Below are positions 1 through 10,783 of a stretch of 64,000 bases of DNA, one piece after another. The notes under the pieces were generated by a model. That model was not told the DNA's origin. It made no database searches and worked only from the letters and a program-made list of their open reading frames with translations. The translations under genes were made by a program, and so were the position numbers. Position 1 is the first letter of the stretch. Every line of letters starts with the position of its first letter. Source of the stretch: a virus; IMG/VR virus record IMGVR_UViG_3300005821_000002, positions 1 to 64,000 of that record; one strand, 5' to 3'.

Positions 1-4
1 AATA

Positions 5-499
5 ATGGGAGATAGTACTAGAGTAACTATAGCTAATATACAAACAGATATAGGAGAAGAGGGTAAAGCCCTTGTCTCCGATGGAGATGGTAATGTAGTA
101 CTTTCGGGTATTGTCATTTCTACAATAAGATATGTCGAACTAGAACCATTTAGCTGGGCAGCAGAAGTTCCATGTTCTACAGGAAATGGTAAAGCGTATT
201 TTCATGTACCCGCTGGTCTAGATGGATTGTCCCTTGCTGAATGTCACGCAGAAGTAAAAACTGCTGGTACAACTGGAACTATGTCCATAATGATTGCCAA
301 CGAAACACAAGTTGTGGATATGCTAAGTACAGCTTTAACTGTAGACACAGGAGAAACTGGATCAGACGAAGCAACTCCCTATGTAATAAAAAGCAATGGT
401 GATGAGATTATATCAGAGAATGATGTAATACGAGTTGATTATGATGCAGTACATAGCACTCCTGCTGAAGGCTGTATTGTAAGTATGGGGTTTAGCTAA
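5..499 (+). CDS. Putative virion/tail-associated protein
   Basis: Beta-rich, acidic, Thr/Gly-rich 164-aa ORF in a run of structural-looking genes upstream of the lysin. Confidence 0.5.
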   Translation: MGDSTRVTIANIQTDIGEEGKALVSDGDGNVVLSGIVISTIRYVELEPFSWAAEVPCSTGNGKAYFHVPAGLDGLSLAECHAEVKTAGTTGTMSIMIANETQVVDMLSTALTVDTGETGSDEATPYVIKSNGDEIISENDVIRVDYDAVHSTPAEGCIVSMGFS

Positions 500-1335
500 T
501 GACTTATTGTAAAGGTGGAACCGAATCTGAGGTAGACGGATATAGAATTCATACTTTTTCATCAAGTGGTACTCTTACTGTATATCTTCACGGTGAAGTA
601 GAAATACTTGCTATAGGTGGAGGCGGAGGAGGGGCTGGTGGACAAAACTCAAACGGCGATGCAGGTGGTGGAGGAGGGGCTGGTGGCGTAGTCATTGAAA
701 CTGCTCACATATTAACTGTAGGTGCAAAATCTGTAGTAATTGGTACTGGTGGTGCAGGAAATTTATACACCGGTGTTTGTATTCCTAATGGTGATGATGG
801 ACTTGATACTACTATAGATACACTAACAGCATATGGTGGGGGTGGAGGTGGAAACAAATGTGATGGCGAGAATGGTGGCTGTGGCGGTGGCGCTGGTAAC
901 TGGAACGGCGGGCTGTGCTACGGAGGAACCGGAAGTCAGGGTTATGATGGTGGTGATGCAGTCACAAATATCACCACTAGTCGTGCTGGTTCCGGTGGCG
1001 GTGGTCTTGGAGGAGATGGAGTAGAAAGACCCAGTAATGTTGGAGGGGCTGGTGGAACTGGTATTAACAATTCTACATCAGGCTCATCTGTACAATATGG
1101 TGGTGGAGGAGGGGGAGGAGGTACAAATGGCTCTGCTGGGGGTGCTGCAACCTTTGGTGGTGGAGCGGGTGGAACTGGAAACGGTTCAGATGGTGGAGAT
1201 GGTACAGATGGTAAAGGTGGTGGTGGAGGTGGTGGTGGGTCCAATGTTAGTGGTCAAGGTGGAGATGGTGGAGATGGTATTGTTATTGTAAGATACAAAT
1301 ATGTAGGAAGTTCACGTCCAGTAGTGATAATGTAG
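499..1335 (+). CDS. Glycine-rich domain protein (tail fibre/virion decoration type)
   Basis: Starts YRIHTFSSSG, long GGGGG repeats, ends GGDGIVIVRY, typical of phage glycine-rich domains. Confidence 0.75.
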   Translation: MTYCKGGTESEVDGYRIHTFSSSGTLTVYLHGEVEILAIGGGGGGAGGQNSNGDAGGGGGAGGVVIETAHILTVGAKSVVIGTGGAGNLYTGVCIPNGDDGLDTTIDTLTAYGGGGGGNKCDGENGGCGGGAGNWNGGLCYGGTGSQGYDGGDAVTNITTSRAGSGGGGLGGDGVERPSNVGGAGGTGINNSTSGSSVQYGGGGGGGGTNGSAGGAATFGGGAGGTGNGSDGGDGTDGKGGGGGGGGSNVSGQGGDGGDGIVIVRYKYVGSSRPVVIM

Positions 1336-1341
1336 GTAAAA

Positions 1342-2013
1342 ATGACAGATAACACCAAAATAACTATTGTAGATATGCGAAATGATACCGTAGCATCTGG
1401 CTATTCTATAGTTGCAGATGGTGCGGGTAATTATCACCACGAATTAATTAGTGGTGGGGGTGGTAGTGGGTCTACGACATTCCTAGATTTGACCGACACA
1501 CCAAGCGTGTATACTGATAAATATGGATATTCAGCCGTAGTTAATATAGCTGAAGATGGGGTGGAATTTGTAAACATTTCTGGTGGTGCAGGTGGTGGCG
1601 TAGATAATCCTATTTTAATGGATTATGTAATTGCAACATCCACTGATACACATACTAATGATACAACTTGGGAAGATATTGATAGTATGACCGTAACATT
1701 AAATTTACCAGCAAGTGGTTATGTATTAGTACCACAACTTACAGCAAGATGGGCACCATACGCTAACTGGGTACAGTGTTACATGGGATTTGTATTAGAT
1801 AGTGACGCAGTTATTAATACTTATACATCTGTAAAACAAGCGACTGCTTTTGCAGGTGAACAAAATACATGTAGTATGCAATATGTTTATGGACCACTAA
1901 CATCTGGTTCACATACAATAAAAGCACAGTGGTATACTAACAGTAACTTGGATGTACATATTTATCTTAGAACAATGACAGTAGTAGCATATCCACCAGA
2001 GAACCAAGAATAA
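1342..2013 (+). CDS. Putative tail fibre-associated protein
   Basis: TTFLDLTDTP repeat-like motif and C-terminal beta domain (LTSGSHTIKAQW). Confidence 0.55.
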   Translation: MTDNTKITIVDMRNDTVASGYSIVADGAGNYHHELISGGGGSGSTTFLDLTDTPSVYTDKYGYSAVVNIAEDGVEFVNISGGAGGGVDNPILMDYVIATSTDTHTNDTTWEDIDSMTVTLNLPASGYVLVPQLTARWAPYANWVQCYMGFVLDSDAVINTYTSVKQATAFAGEQNTCSMQYVYGPLTSGSHTIKAQWYTNSNLDVHIYLRTMTVVAYPPENQE

Positions 2014-2047
2014 TGACCAGAACAAAAATTACCTATGAGGAGATAAG

Positions 2048-2806
2048 ATGTACCCTAAAATAATAGATATTTCACACTGGCAGGGAAACATGGATTGGGA
2101 TGCATTTATGCAGTCTGACGCAGAAGGGTGTATAATAAGAGCAGGAAGTTGTAATGCATCTACAGGCATTCCATATACAGATTATAAATATGAACAAAAC
2201 ATGACCGCTGTAGACAGTTTCACTGAAATTATCGGTACATATTGGTATTGGCGAGCAAACCATGACCCAATTGAACAAGCTGATTATTATGCCGATTTAT
2301 TGAAATTCAAGCCGTGGAACTTGGCCCCAGTAGCAGACGTGGAAGCATGGGGAAACGTAAGTATATCGACAATGCAATCGCGGCTAAAAAGGTTCGTTGA
2401 TAGACTAAAATATAGAACTGGTCGTACACCAATAATCTATACTAGAACTACCTTTTGGAACCCATATGTAGGAAATCCATCTTGGGCATCTGACCATGAT
2501 TTATGGATTGCTCGTTACAACAGCGCTATAACTGGACCGTGGGACGATGGGTGGGGAAAACCATATAGCTGGGATGATTGGACATTTTGGCAATACTCAG
2601 CTGACGGAAATGGTTTAGGTCGTGTATATGGAGCAGATGGTGACGATATAGATTTGGACTACTTTAATGGAACGTCAGAAGAATTAAGAGAATATGCAGG
2701 TCTTGACAACACTGTACCACAACCTCCCCAACAAGACAAAGTATGCATTGATGAGGACATTGCTCATGATATGTATTTGGAGTTGAAGGGAGTCTTCGAG
2801 GAATAA
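2048..2806 (+). CDS. GH25 muramidase (endolysin)
   Basis: IIDISHWQG, PVADVE, PIIYT, LWIARY, WTFWQYS and DIDLD motifs of GH25. Confidence 0.92.
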   Translation: MYPKIIDISHWQGNMDWDAFMQSDAEGCIIRAGSCNASTGIPYTDYKYEQNMTAVDSFTEIIGTYWYWRANHDPIEQADYYADLLKFKPWNLAPVADVEAWGNVSISTMQSRLKRFVDRLKYRTGRTPIIYTRTTFWNPYVGNPSWASDHDLWIARYNSAITGPWDDGWGKPYSWDDWTFWQYSADGNGLGRVYGADGDDIDLDYFNGTSEELREYAGLDNTVPQPPQQDKVCIDEDIAHDMYLELKGVFEE

Positions 2807-2807
2807 T

Positions 2808-3146
2808 ATGAGTGAAAATAACAAAATCGTAAAAGAAGTAGAGAGTTTACTTAAAGCTGATGAAATAGACCCAGAAGTAGCTAGACGTCTACAATTGAGT
2901 ATCTCTCTAGAAAATCACACAGAATTGCTGAAAATCAATGGTCGCCTAAAAAAAGTAGAAAAGGTGGCAGAAGAATCGGAGAAAAACCCATCTCTACTGT
3001 GGTTACTAAGATTTAAAACAAAGAAAACGGTTATAGTTCTAATAAGTACATTATTGATTGGGTTTATAGTTTTCCAACTAGCGTGGCACTATGGTATCAT
3101 GCCAAATATATTAGAATGGTTGAATCTGCCACCGTTGATCCCTTGA
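2808..3146 (+). CDS. Putative holin/membrane protein
   Basis: Follows the endolysin; coiled-coil N-terminus plus one C-terminal hydrophobic helix. Confidence 0.45.
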   Translation: MSENNKIVKEVESLLKADEIDPEVARRLQLSISLENHTELLKINGRLKKVEKVAEESEKNPSLLWLLRFKTKKTVIVLISTLLIGFIVFQLAWHYGIMPNILEWLNLPPLIP

Positions 3147-3171
3147 CAAATGCATGATTTTGTGATATAAT
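3143..3171 (+). promoter_or_regulatory. sigma70-type promoter
   Basis: TTGACA-17-TATAAT with TG extended -10. Confidence 0.85.
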
Positions 3172-3189
3172 AGGGCTGGAGGTAAGGGT

Positions 3190-5317
3190 ATGGATATGTA
3201 CTGGTGGATGAAGGAAGAGAACTATAAAGGCGATATAGTTAGTGAAACTGGAAATCGACTAAAAATATATTATCGTAGTCGCTTTCCAGATGATGATACG
3301 TATGCTATTGTTGCAGAAGAAGACGGCCAATTGAAAATAATGGCCTTCTTGTGGTTAGGGGAGATAGTTGATCCCCGTGATCCAGATAGACAATATTTTT
3401 GGGAGGATTAACATGATTGAAACACTGGTAGAAATGGAAAAAGATAATCTATTCGTTGAAGCTGTAAAAGGGCTTCATGGTACTTACTTTGCATTGAGTA
3501 AACATGAAAGAGGATTATGCCTTACGTTAGAAGAGGCAATAGAGTTGAGTAAACTCATACGAAACGTTGCAGAGTATAAAGAAGAGGGCCCTGTGTTCGA
3601 GAACTTTGAGAGTGAACCAGAATGATAAACGATCCGCACGATTATGAGAAGGACGTTGCTGGAAGATGTCCCCATTACACCATTAGAAAGGATATATTAG
3701 TTGCATTAGAAGAAATAGCAATAGCTTCTAAGGATTGGCTTACTTGTGTACCCTACATTGTAGGTGTTGATGGTTATATAGAAAAAAGAGATATCTTAAG
3801 AGATGCATTAATAAAATTGGAAGAGTTAAGGCGAACGAAGTAAAAAAATATATTCGGACCAAATACATCTCATTAATTATAAGTTGGCGGAGGGACCATG
3901 CCTAAAGAGAATAAGAAGATACAAATAGATACCGAAACTAAAACGATCTACGTGGATGAGAATATGACACCTGCGGAATTAGAGGTAGAACTGTTGAAGA
4001 TTGCTTTTGAAAAGGGCGTAGATATAAGTATTCAGGACTCTGATCCCCAATTGTATGAACCAACACCTGAACCAGATGAGGTACCCCCAGATGAGTGATT
4101 TAAATGATGTAAAGGAATGCATACTAATTGATGGATTTGATTATACATTTATTGATTACAGTAATTTTGAAGATGTAAATGATGAGAAGTTTCATGAGTT
4201 AAGAAAGGCTTATGTCAAGGCTCATAAAGACCTGTATAGTTATATTGAACTACATTGTGGACCATTGGAGGAGTAATGATTGATGCATTGTGTGAATTCT
4301 TATATCCCATTATAAGAGATGCAACATTCGTAGGAATAATTGCAGGCGGTTTGTTTGGTATGCTTTTACTTATTCTGCTAAAAAGGAATGACTAAATGAA
4401 AAATTACATACTAGTTACTCCAGGCAGGTCTTGTGGATGTGATTTCTGTAAAGACGTATATGGGTTGAATCTAATTGGCTGGATTAAGAGAATATTCAGG
4501 AGAATAAGATGACTAGTCTTGATGAAATGGTAAAACTAGGTAAAGAAATGGATGCTGGATCATTGAAATCTATTTCAAGAAAAGGTGATGGAACACCTTT
4601 ACTTGCTATATGTATTTATTATGAATCAGATGAATTAGACGCCTTTCTGAAGGACCTAGAAAAATTGGAGGAAAAACACGGTTATGGAGAATGACTATAC
4701 AACTGGTGGGTATAATTGTGGGGTATGTGGTGAATATATTCCGCATAATACAATTCATGTTTGTGGGGGTAGTAAATACCCTCCACAAGTACCAGCACCA
4801 ACATATAATTTTACTGCTGGGGACACCAAATTCGATTCAGAGACACAGCGTAAATTGAATGAAATAATCGAATTGTTGAAAAGTATAAGAAGGAGACTGT
4901 AATGGAATACAAAGTAGTGGTAAGGCTAAGTATTATTCTACTAATTCAAGAAGTAAATGATCTGATCAACGAAGGCTGGGAACCCTATGGTAGTCTTGTA
5001 TCTACTGATGACGAATACCTACAGCCTATGGTTAGATATACTGCTATTCCCTCCACATATAGAGGTAAACCTATAGATGTTCCCATTACACCATAGGAGA
5101 TAATATGTATATACACGTACAGCCTACAATACATGAGTGTGGAGAGTGTGGTTCTAGGAACATAGCCCGCAAGGTTGTTCCTTATGGTGATCCACATGTT
5201 ATTGGAAGGTTAGTCTGCCTCTCTTGTGGGCACGTCGAGCCTACGCCCAAGACACACTCTAACATTGATTCATTTACTTACACATATGAGAATAAACCCC
5301 GCATAGTCTCCTTTTAG
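3190..5317 (+). other. Array of about a dozen small hypothetical ORFs
   Basis: Abutting ORFs mostly 60-85 aa with GGAG RBSs downstream of the 3143 promoter; some CxxC zinc ribbons (4684, 5105). Confidence 0.65.
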
Positions 5318-5446
5318 TCCGATAACGTTTTCAGAATTTTTTCGATAATTTTTTTGAGAATTTGGGTTGAGGCATTGGGGTATACACCTGGCATCGCCCG
5401 CCAGAATTCGGACTAATTTTACCTTAATTAGGGGGGATGCATGACC

Positions 5447-5559
5447 ATAGTACTATAGGAGACATATTGATGAACTTCAATTCGTTTAAGGTAGCCGTAG
5501 GGTAAAACCTCCGCTTCCCTTAAATATGTCTATGCGAATAAATAGTACTGTACTCCTAT
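5447..5559. repeat. Long imperfect palindrome, copy 1
   Basis: Core TTTAAGGTAGCCGTAGGGTAAAACCTCCGCTTCCCTTAAA; left arm is the inverted complement of the right arm of copy 2. Confidence 0.8.
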
Positions 5560-5569
5560 GAATTAGGAC

Positions 5570-5606
5570 AAAAACTATCCCCAATGTCGTGTTGACCATT
5601 GGGGAT
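5570..5606 (-). terminator. Intrinsic terminator
   Basis: ATCCCCAATG..CATTGGGGAT stem with a T-tract on the minus strand, just after ORF 5627. Confidence 0.65.
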
Positions 5607-5626
5607 TGTGAGTCTATCTTGTCAGT

Positions 5627-6322
5627 TTAGACCCAGTTAATCTGCCCGCTTTTTGACCCCCCTTTCCCTTGTCGGTCTGCCCATGTTTCCAATATACGAG
5701 TCGCATTGGATTGAAAGGCATTGTAGACATTGGTAAAATCATCCCCAGTATAGACCATGCGGGAGTCATTCTTGCCAGTGATTGCAACCGAGTCGACCTG
5801 CAGCCCATTATCACCTAACCATGATTTTATGAAGTGACTCATGATCGTTGACTGACCGGACGGTTTCACTGGAGTCGGGAGCATACCGGTCAACATACAA
5901 CCGGTGAAGTAGGAAAGCACTGACCAGAACTCACGCAATCCGATTCGATCATCTGGCAAGTTGCCCGTTCTGTAGTCACTGTATACGTTACCAGCGAGTC
6001 CCTTATTCAAGACTCCCGATTCTACTTCACGTGCTGGCATGAAGTCCAGTAGGTCAACAGTGATTGTATTTTCTCCTTGTGAGAATGTCACTTCACAGGA
6101 CATAACCCGATTCCCTAATAGCTGAGTCGGGATGTTCGTTATAACCTTGCGATTCGTTTGTTCGTTCACTTTCCTATTGAACGAGTCGGGAATCACTGTA
6201 AACGCTTGGCGAATCTGATTGATCGGATTCTCTATTGCGACCTTGGTAATACCCTTAATTGTGACTGTCATCATCTGACTCCTTTTTGACTGACTCGGCT
6301 GGACTAGGTAATCATCGTTCAT
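5627..6322 (-). CDS. Hypothetical protein (231 aa), sole gene between the two palindromes
   Basis: AAGGAG RBS before ATG at 6322 (MNDDY...); own terminator; ends QINWV. Confidence 0.75.
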   Translation of the reverse strand: MNDDYLVQPSQSKRSQMMTVTIKGITKVAIENPINQIRQAFTVIPDSFNRKVNEQTNRKVITNIPTQLLGNRVMSCEVTFSQGENTITVDLLDFMPAREVESGVLNKGLAGNVYSDYRTGNLPDDRIGLREFWSVLSYFTGCMLTGMLPTPVKPSGQSTIMSHFIKSWLGDNGLQVDSVAITGKNDSRMVYTGDDFTNVYNAFQSNATRILETWADRQGKGGSKSGQINWV

Positions 6323-6531
6323 ATAGACTCCTTTATAAGATAGAACAACCATGCGACAGTGAGAGTGAGTGCGAGTGCGACCAGTTGCCAAGTTTGCAAG
6401 GTGGAAAGCCAGACCATAATTGACTCCTTGGTGGGTGGTGGTGGCGGTGGGTGGGTGACTCATGGTCTAATCGTACCAAAAAGTTGTGAATTTTACGTTA
6501 ACATTGTATTAACATTTTTAGTACTGGAGAG

Positions 6532-6641
6532 CTATAGGAAACATATAGACAAGTTTCGATATGTTTAAGGTATCCGTAGGGTTAACCCTACGCTTTCCTT
6601 AAACGAATTGATGAACGTCTATATGACACCTATAGTACTAT
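6532..6641. repeat. Long imperfect palindrome, copy 2
   Basis: Perfect 18-bp core CGTAGGGTTAACCCTACG (6575-6592) with block-wise paired arms CTATAGG / CATATAGAC / GTTTAAGG. Confidence 0.85.
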
Positions 6642-6660
6642 AGTACTCCAGGTTTTTTGC

Positions 6661-6750
6661 ATTAGTGAAGAATTTCACAAATTAGTACTAAATTTCACAA
6701 ACCAGATTTCATTAGTGACAGATTTCACAAACTAGTGACAAATTTCACAA
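6661..6750. repeat. Iteron-like 20-bp direct repeats (4 full + 1 partial)
   Basis: Consensus ATTAGTGACAAATTTCACAA at 6661, 6681, 6711 and 6731. Confidence 0.85.
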
Positions 6751-7405
6751 TCAGGAAAGCTTTGGGTTGATCCTATAGTACCTTGGTTCTTGGTACATAG
6801 TTCCGGTAACGGTACCAGAACCGCTTTGTCGCCCGCAGGTACCAACACCAAGATCGCCTTGTCGCAAATTTCGCAGCAAGACGACCCTGTGTGATGGTAC
6901 ATTGTTTGGGTAACGGCGAGGTACCAGAACCTAGAATGCCATAGGTTGTGCCTCAAAGAATGGTTCCAAACGCTTAGGTATTCGATAGGTACCCTTACCA
7001 ACTACGCATGTTCTTAGCTTAGGTCCATTCCCTATACTATGGTAGTAGAGCGTCATATTTGGGTACGTTATGACTTCTACGGTATCATCACCGCACTTTG
7101 GACACTTCATACTCAATATCTCATGTACGCACCACTCACCACCAATCCTGTAGTGAGTACGGTCCGGTAGCTCAATTTGTATCATGCTGCACCAGCTATA
7201 TGTAACAGTTTACGGTGCATTTTCGTATCTACCTTGGTTAGCTGCCATGATACTGGTTTAACTTGCAATCCCAGATCATCAACGATGCTACCGGTACAAT
7301 GGTTAACCATCCACTCAATAGCATCAGTCTGGTGCGTGAATTGTTCTCGGTGCAATATAGCGTCCATCTCATCAAATAGTGTAACCTGGTACATTATCAT
7401 CTCCT

Positions 7406-7912
7406 TTATAGATAGTCCCGAATTTCATATGGTGGATCAATTATCCAGCTTGGCACCGATCTTTTGGTCCATTTGAATAGCCTACGCTTGTTCTTCAGAT
7501 AGTAGGCACGATATGCTAATACAGGTTCAAGGTGTTTCAATTCTGGTGATACAGCCAAGTGGTGCGGTGTGCGATCCCCATCACTTAGACTCGTATTAAT
7601 TGGGCCCCAGTAAGCATCTATACCATCCAGTACCTCCATTGTGGCATGTTCTCGTTCAAACCGGTACTCATACTCTAGCAGTAGTTTGTTTGCATAGTCA
7701 ATAGTCCACATGAAGTTTAGGAAACAGGCACCAACCCATCGGGTAACAGGATGGTTGACGTAGGTACTTTTGTAGCCGTAATCAATGTCGCACCACTCTC
7801 TCATTACGGTACATAGTAGTTGGGTCGCCTCAACTGGCATCTTCACTACGTGCTTATCAACATGGTGCGCTGCATTGATTTTGTTATCAGCATGTAATAT
7901 GAATAGGTTCAT
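7406..7912 (-). CDS. Pyrimidine-dimer DNA glycosylase/endonuclease V-like protein
   Basis: MNLF...DKHVVKM..EATQLL, NHPVTRW, AYRAYY..K and WTKR..P.W motifs. Confidence 0.8.
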   Translation of the reverse strand: MNLFILHADNKINAAHHVDKHVVKMPVEATQLLCTVMREWCDIDYGYKSTYVNHPVTRWVGACFLNFMWTIDYANKLLLEYEYRFEREHATMEVLDGIDAYWGPINTSLSDGDRTPHHLAVSPELKHLEPVLAYRAYYLKNKRRLFKWTKRSVPSWIIDPPYEIRDYL

Positions 7913-8418
7913 TTTACTCTCCAGTCTAGGTGTAATACCTTATCACATTCTACCGCATGTCGGTTCAAGACAGTCGCAAACTGTTTGATAATGACACTAC
8001 GCTTCTTGAACCTAGGGTTTGGTTCCCATATGTCTTTCCCACACATCGGGCAGCGAAACTCCAAGACGGCACCACGTCTGGGGTAACGGCGTTTGAGTGC
8101 TGGTGCAGGATGTGGTCCCCCTCCCCACTTATACCAAAAACAGGCTAGTACCCAAAGCATAGCCTGTACCTCAAAGGGTGCCTTCTCACGGTATTTCTTG
8201 ATATCAGCACGCTCAAGGATCAATGGCACCGTCATTCTCATAGCACCCCTATGGGCTAGAATGACACTTACTTTAACGTCTGGAACCAGGTCTTTGATAA
8301 GACCCAGCACGAACATCTTGGCGATGATAGCGTTCACATCGTCCCAAGATGGACTGAATACAATCCCAGTGATGAAGGATGTACCAGTCTCCATTATTCC
8401 GAACTTCGCTTTCTTCAT
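7909..8418 (-). CDS. Hypothetical zinc-finger protein
   Basis: GGAGG RBS before MKKAKF; CPMC...H...C. The listed 8496 start overlaps the promoter. Confidence 0.6.
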   Translation of the reverse strand: MKKAKFGIMETGTSFITGIVFSPSWDDVNAIIAKMFVLGLIKDLVPDVKVSVILAHRGAMRMTVPLILERADIKKYREKAPFEVQAMLWVLACFWYKWGGGPHPAPALKRRYPRRGAVLEFRCPMCGKDIWEPNPRFKKRSVIIKQFATVLNRHAVECDKVLHLDWRVK

Positions 8419-8467
8419 TCTGTACCTCCTAATCTTGGTAGCGTACCGGTGGCTTGTTTCATATCTA

Positions 8468-8496
8468 ATTCTATCATAGGGTGCAGTACCAGTCAA
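8468..8496 (-). promoter_or_regulatory. sigma70-type promoter (TTGACT/TAGAAT class)
   Basis: TTGACT-17-TAGAATTAGATA; same -35 and -10 sequences as the 28550 promoter. Confidence 0.75.
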
Positions 8497-9028
8497 TAGG
8501 GTCTTCCTACCTAGTACCGCCAGGGTAGTACCGGCAGTTGGGTCGGTACCCTATACGTGCGTGTGCGTGAATCTCTTAAAGGAAGGACACATTGTACCTA
8601 GGTACCAGCGTTCCAGTAGTACGGGTACCGGTGAATGACAAGGTACTGTACCGGCCCCCTTTTAGTCAGGGTACCACTACCATAAACCTGGGTGTCAAAC
8701 CAGGGGTAAAAGGTACCAGTACCCACATGCTAATCCCTATAGTACTGATGTACCCTATAGCCGTGGTACATGTTTGGGTAACAGGTGCCGTATACATTGT
8801 CACACAGAAGGTACCAGGACCATAACTTGGTCGAAAAAAAGAGTTTTGGTGCGTAATTGCCCATAAATGGTACATATACGGCATAAAGGTGCAAACCGAT
8901 AACTTTTGGTGCGAAATATCTAGTTTTGAGTGCTTGCCTATACAAATTGGTGCCTTATATGCATACCCTACTATATACAATGATTGTAGCAATATATATC
9001 AGTAATTGGTACGTGTATAGTATAAATA

Positions 9029-9058
9029 AAAAGAGACCCGTTTATAGGGTCTCCTTTG
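9029..9058 (-). terminator. Intrinsic terminator
   Basis: GAGACCC..GGGTCTC stem flanked by A/T tracts. Confidence 0.55.
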
Positions 9059-9651
9059 ATTGTAGTACAGTGAGCATTAGAGATAGGTGCGTACTCATGA
9101 TAATCAGGTGCTGTCTCTAGTGATGGTAGGGGCACCAACTGTCTGAATGGAACGTCTGCCTTGTATGCTACTGCACCAATAAGTATGTATACTAGTATCA
9201 GAGTGACTAATCCTACCAATGTAGCACGAAGTACTTGTTTCATGGTTCCACATCGAAATCGGTCAACTTCATATTCATATAACCGGTTCTACTTACTACA
9301 TAGGCTAGGAACTCTGATTCTTGGTCCTCCTTTCTTAATCTACTTGCTGCTATCATACCTCGGTGCAAAGTCTCATTATGGACTGTAATCTCTACAGTAA
9401 TGGTACTTGTTTCGTTCTTACCCCCTATAATACCAGCTAAACTTGCAAATACTTTATTCATTGGTCCCTCCTATATATGATGGAAGGGAGTACCTCATAT
9501 AGCCTTTTTTGATCGACTGTGGAGGTACTCCCTTTGTCTTGTGGTACTATCCTTTCTCTTGGCTTACTATTTCTCACTTCATGGGGTCATTATATGATCA
9601 TTGGCTCATACTCCTCTCTACTCGGTATGTAGTGAGCGTCTAGGTACGTAT

Positions 9652-10041
9652 CTACTTATCCTGTCCAGGGGGACCAGAGTGGCAGTGGTTATCATCGCCA
9701 TAGCCCCAACCGGGTCTGCATGGTTCAACAGGAGGTTCCGTAGGTACGACTGTAGGTTTGGGTGGTACATCAGTAGACTCTGTAACAGGAATGTAGGGCA
9801 TGGTACAATCTTCTACCCCACATCCACAGAAGGGCACTACGGTTGTACCACGCATAATCACCCATCCATAGTCTAATTGATAGACGTACCCATATTCAAG
9901 ATCATCTACCATAAAAATATAGGTAGGTTGTAACTCTGTTGGTTCCAGAGCTTGTGCTCTTGCAGTACCCACCAAAAATAGGCACGCAATAACAAGTAGG
10001 AACAACAGTACCAAGATTCTATTCGTAATTTGATTCTTCAT
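9652..10041 (-). CDS. Secreted protein with P/T linker and C-terminal PGWGxGDxNHxHxGPPG motif
   Basis: Signal-peptide-like N-terminus ending AQA; PT-rich linker. Confidence 0.65.
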   Translation of the reverse strand: MKNQITNRILVLLFLLVIACLFLVGTARAQALEPTELQPTYIFMVDDLEYGYVYQLDYGWVIMRGTTVVPFCGCGVEDCTMPYIPVTESTDVPPKPTVVPTEPPVEPCRPGWGYGDDNHCHSGPPGQDK

Positions 10042-10783
10042 TTTATCTTTCTCCTAGGTACTACTTCAACTGCTCAGGTACGTACTGCTCTTCATTCCAA
10101 ATTGGATTCGGAACAGGTACGTATACTGTTGCTACGGTAGCATATATCTGAAAGGTGGTTCCAGGTGTCTCAACTGCTTTACGTTCTGCTACCGCCTGAG
10201 CGTCACCATATGTCTGGTGCTTTTCGGGTCTTCCACCCTTGATTCCACCGCCATCTGGTATGATTATGAATGGCATAGGTTCAACCTCCCTTCACTTGGG
10301 TCGTCAAGCGTCTTTCTTGTGACCTAGACTTGATTGGTACAATCTTGACAACCGGCGTAGATATTACTGATGGGTTCTTGTAGTGTGGATTCAGGTGCGA
10401 TCTCTCAGGTGTAGATATAAGCATTGAGTGACCGCTCCGAACCGGATACAATAGTCTACCATCCTTCAGGTTCTTACTTCCACCCATCACTTTCTCACCA
10501 GCTACAAGATAGACAGCACCGGATGCTGTTGTAACCTGAATGGTCATGGTTCACTTCCCTTCCTTTGGTCTAACCCATTCCCAAGCACCATCTTTCCACA
10601 CCATTTGGTCCGAACAATACTGGCACTCCATTATATCACCTTCTTTAGGTGCCTTCTTGATCTCGGCGTTTTCGATAGTTGCTATGCAACAACGCATCAG
10701 ACCACCTATACGAATTGCTTTATATTGGTTCATTTGCACCTCCTAGAGCAAGAGACAAACGAGCGGTGGTGCGAACTCGATTG

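Noticed and set aside
833-1291. Alternative-frame and antisense ORFs over the glycine-rich gene
   Set aside because: Shadows of GGN codon repeats
5447-6641. IS element with terminal inverted repeats
   Set aside because: The enclosed ORF has no recognisable DDE, HUH or recombinase motifs, and I saw no target duplication
6661-6750. CRISPR array
   Set aside because: Repeats are adjacent with no unique spacers; the Cas4-like nuclease sits in the recombination module
8592-8992. Short ORFs in the GGTACC-rich gap
   Set aside because: No RBS, conflicting frames and repeat-driven composition; likely regulatory DNA
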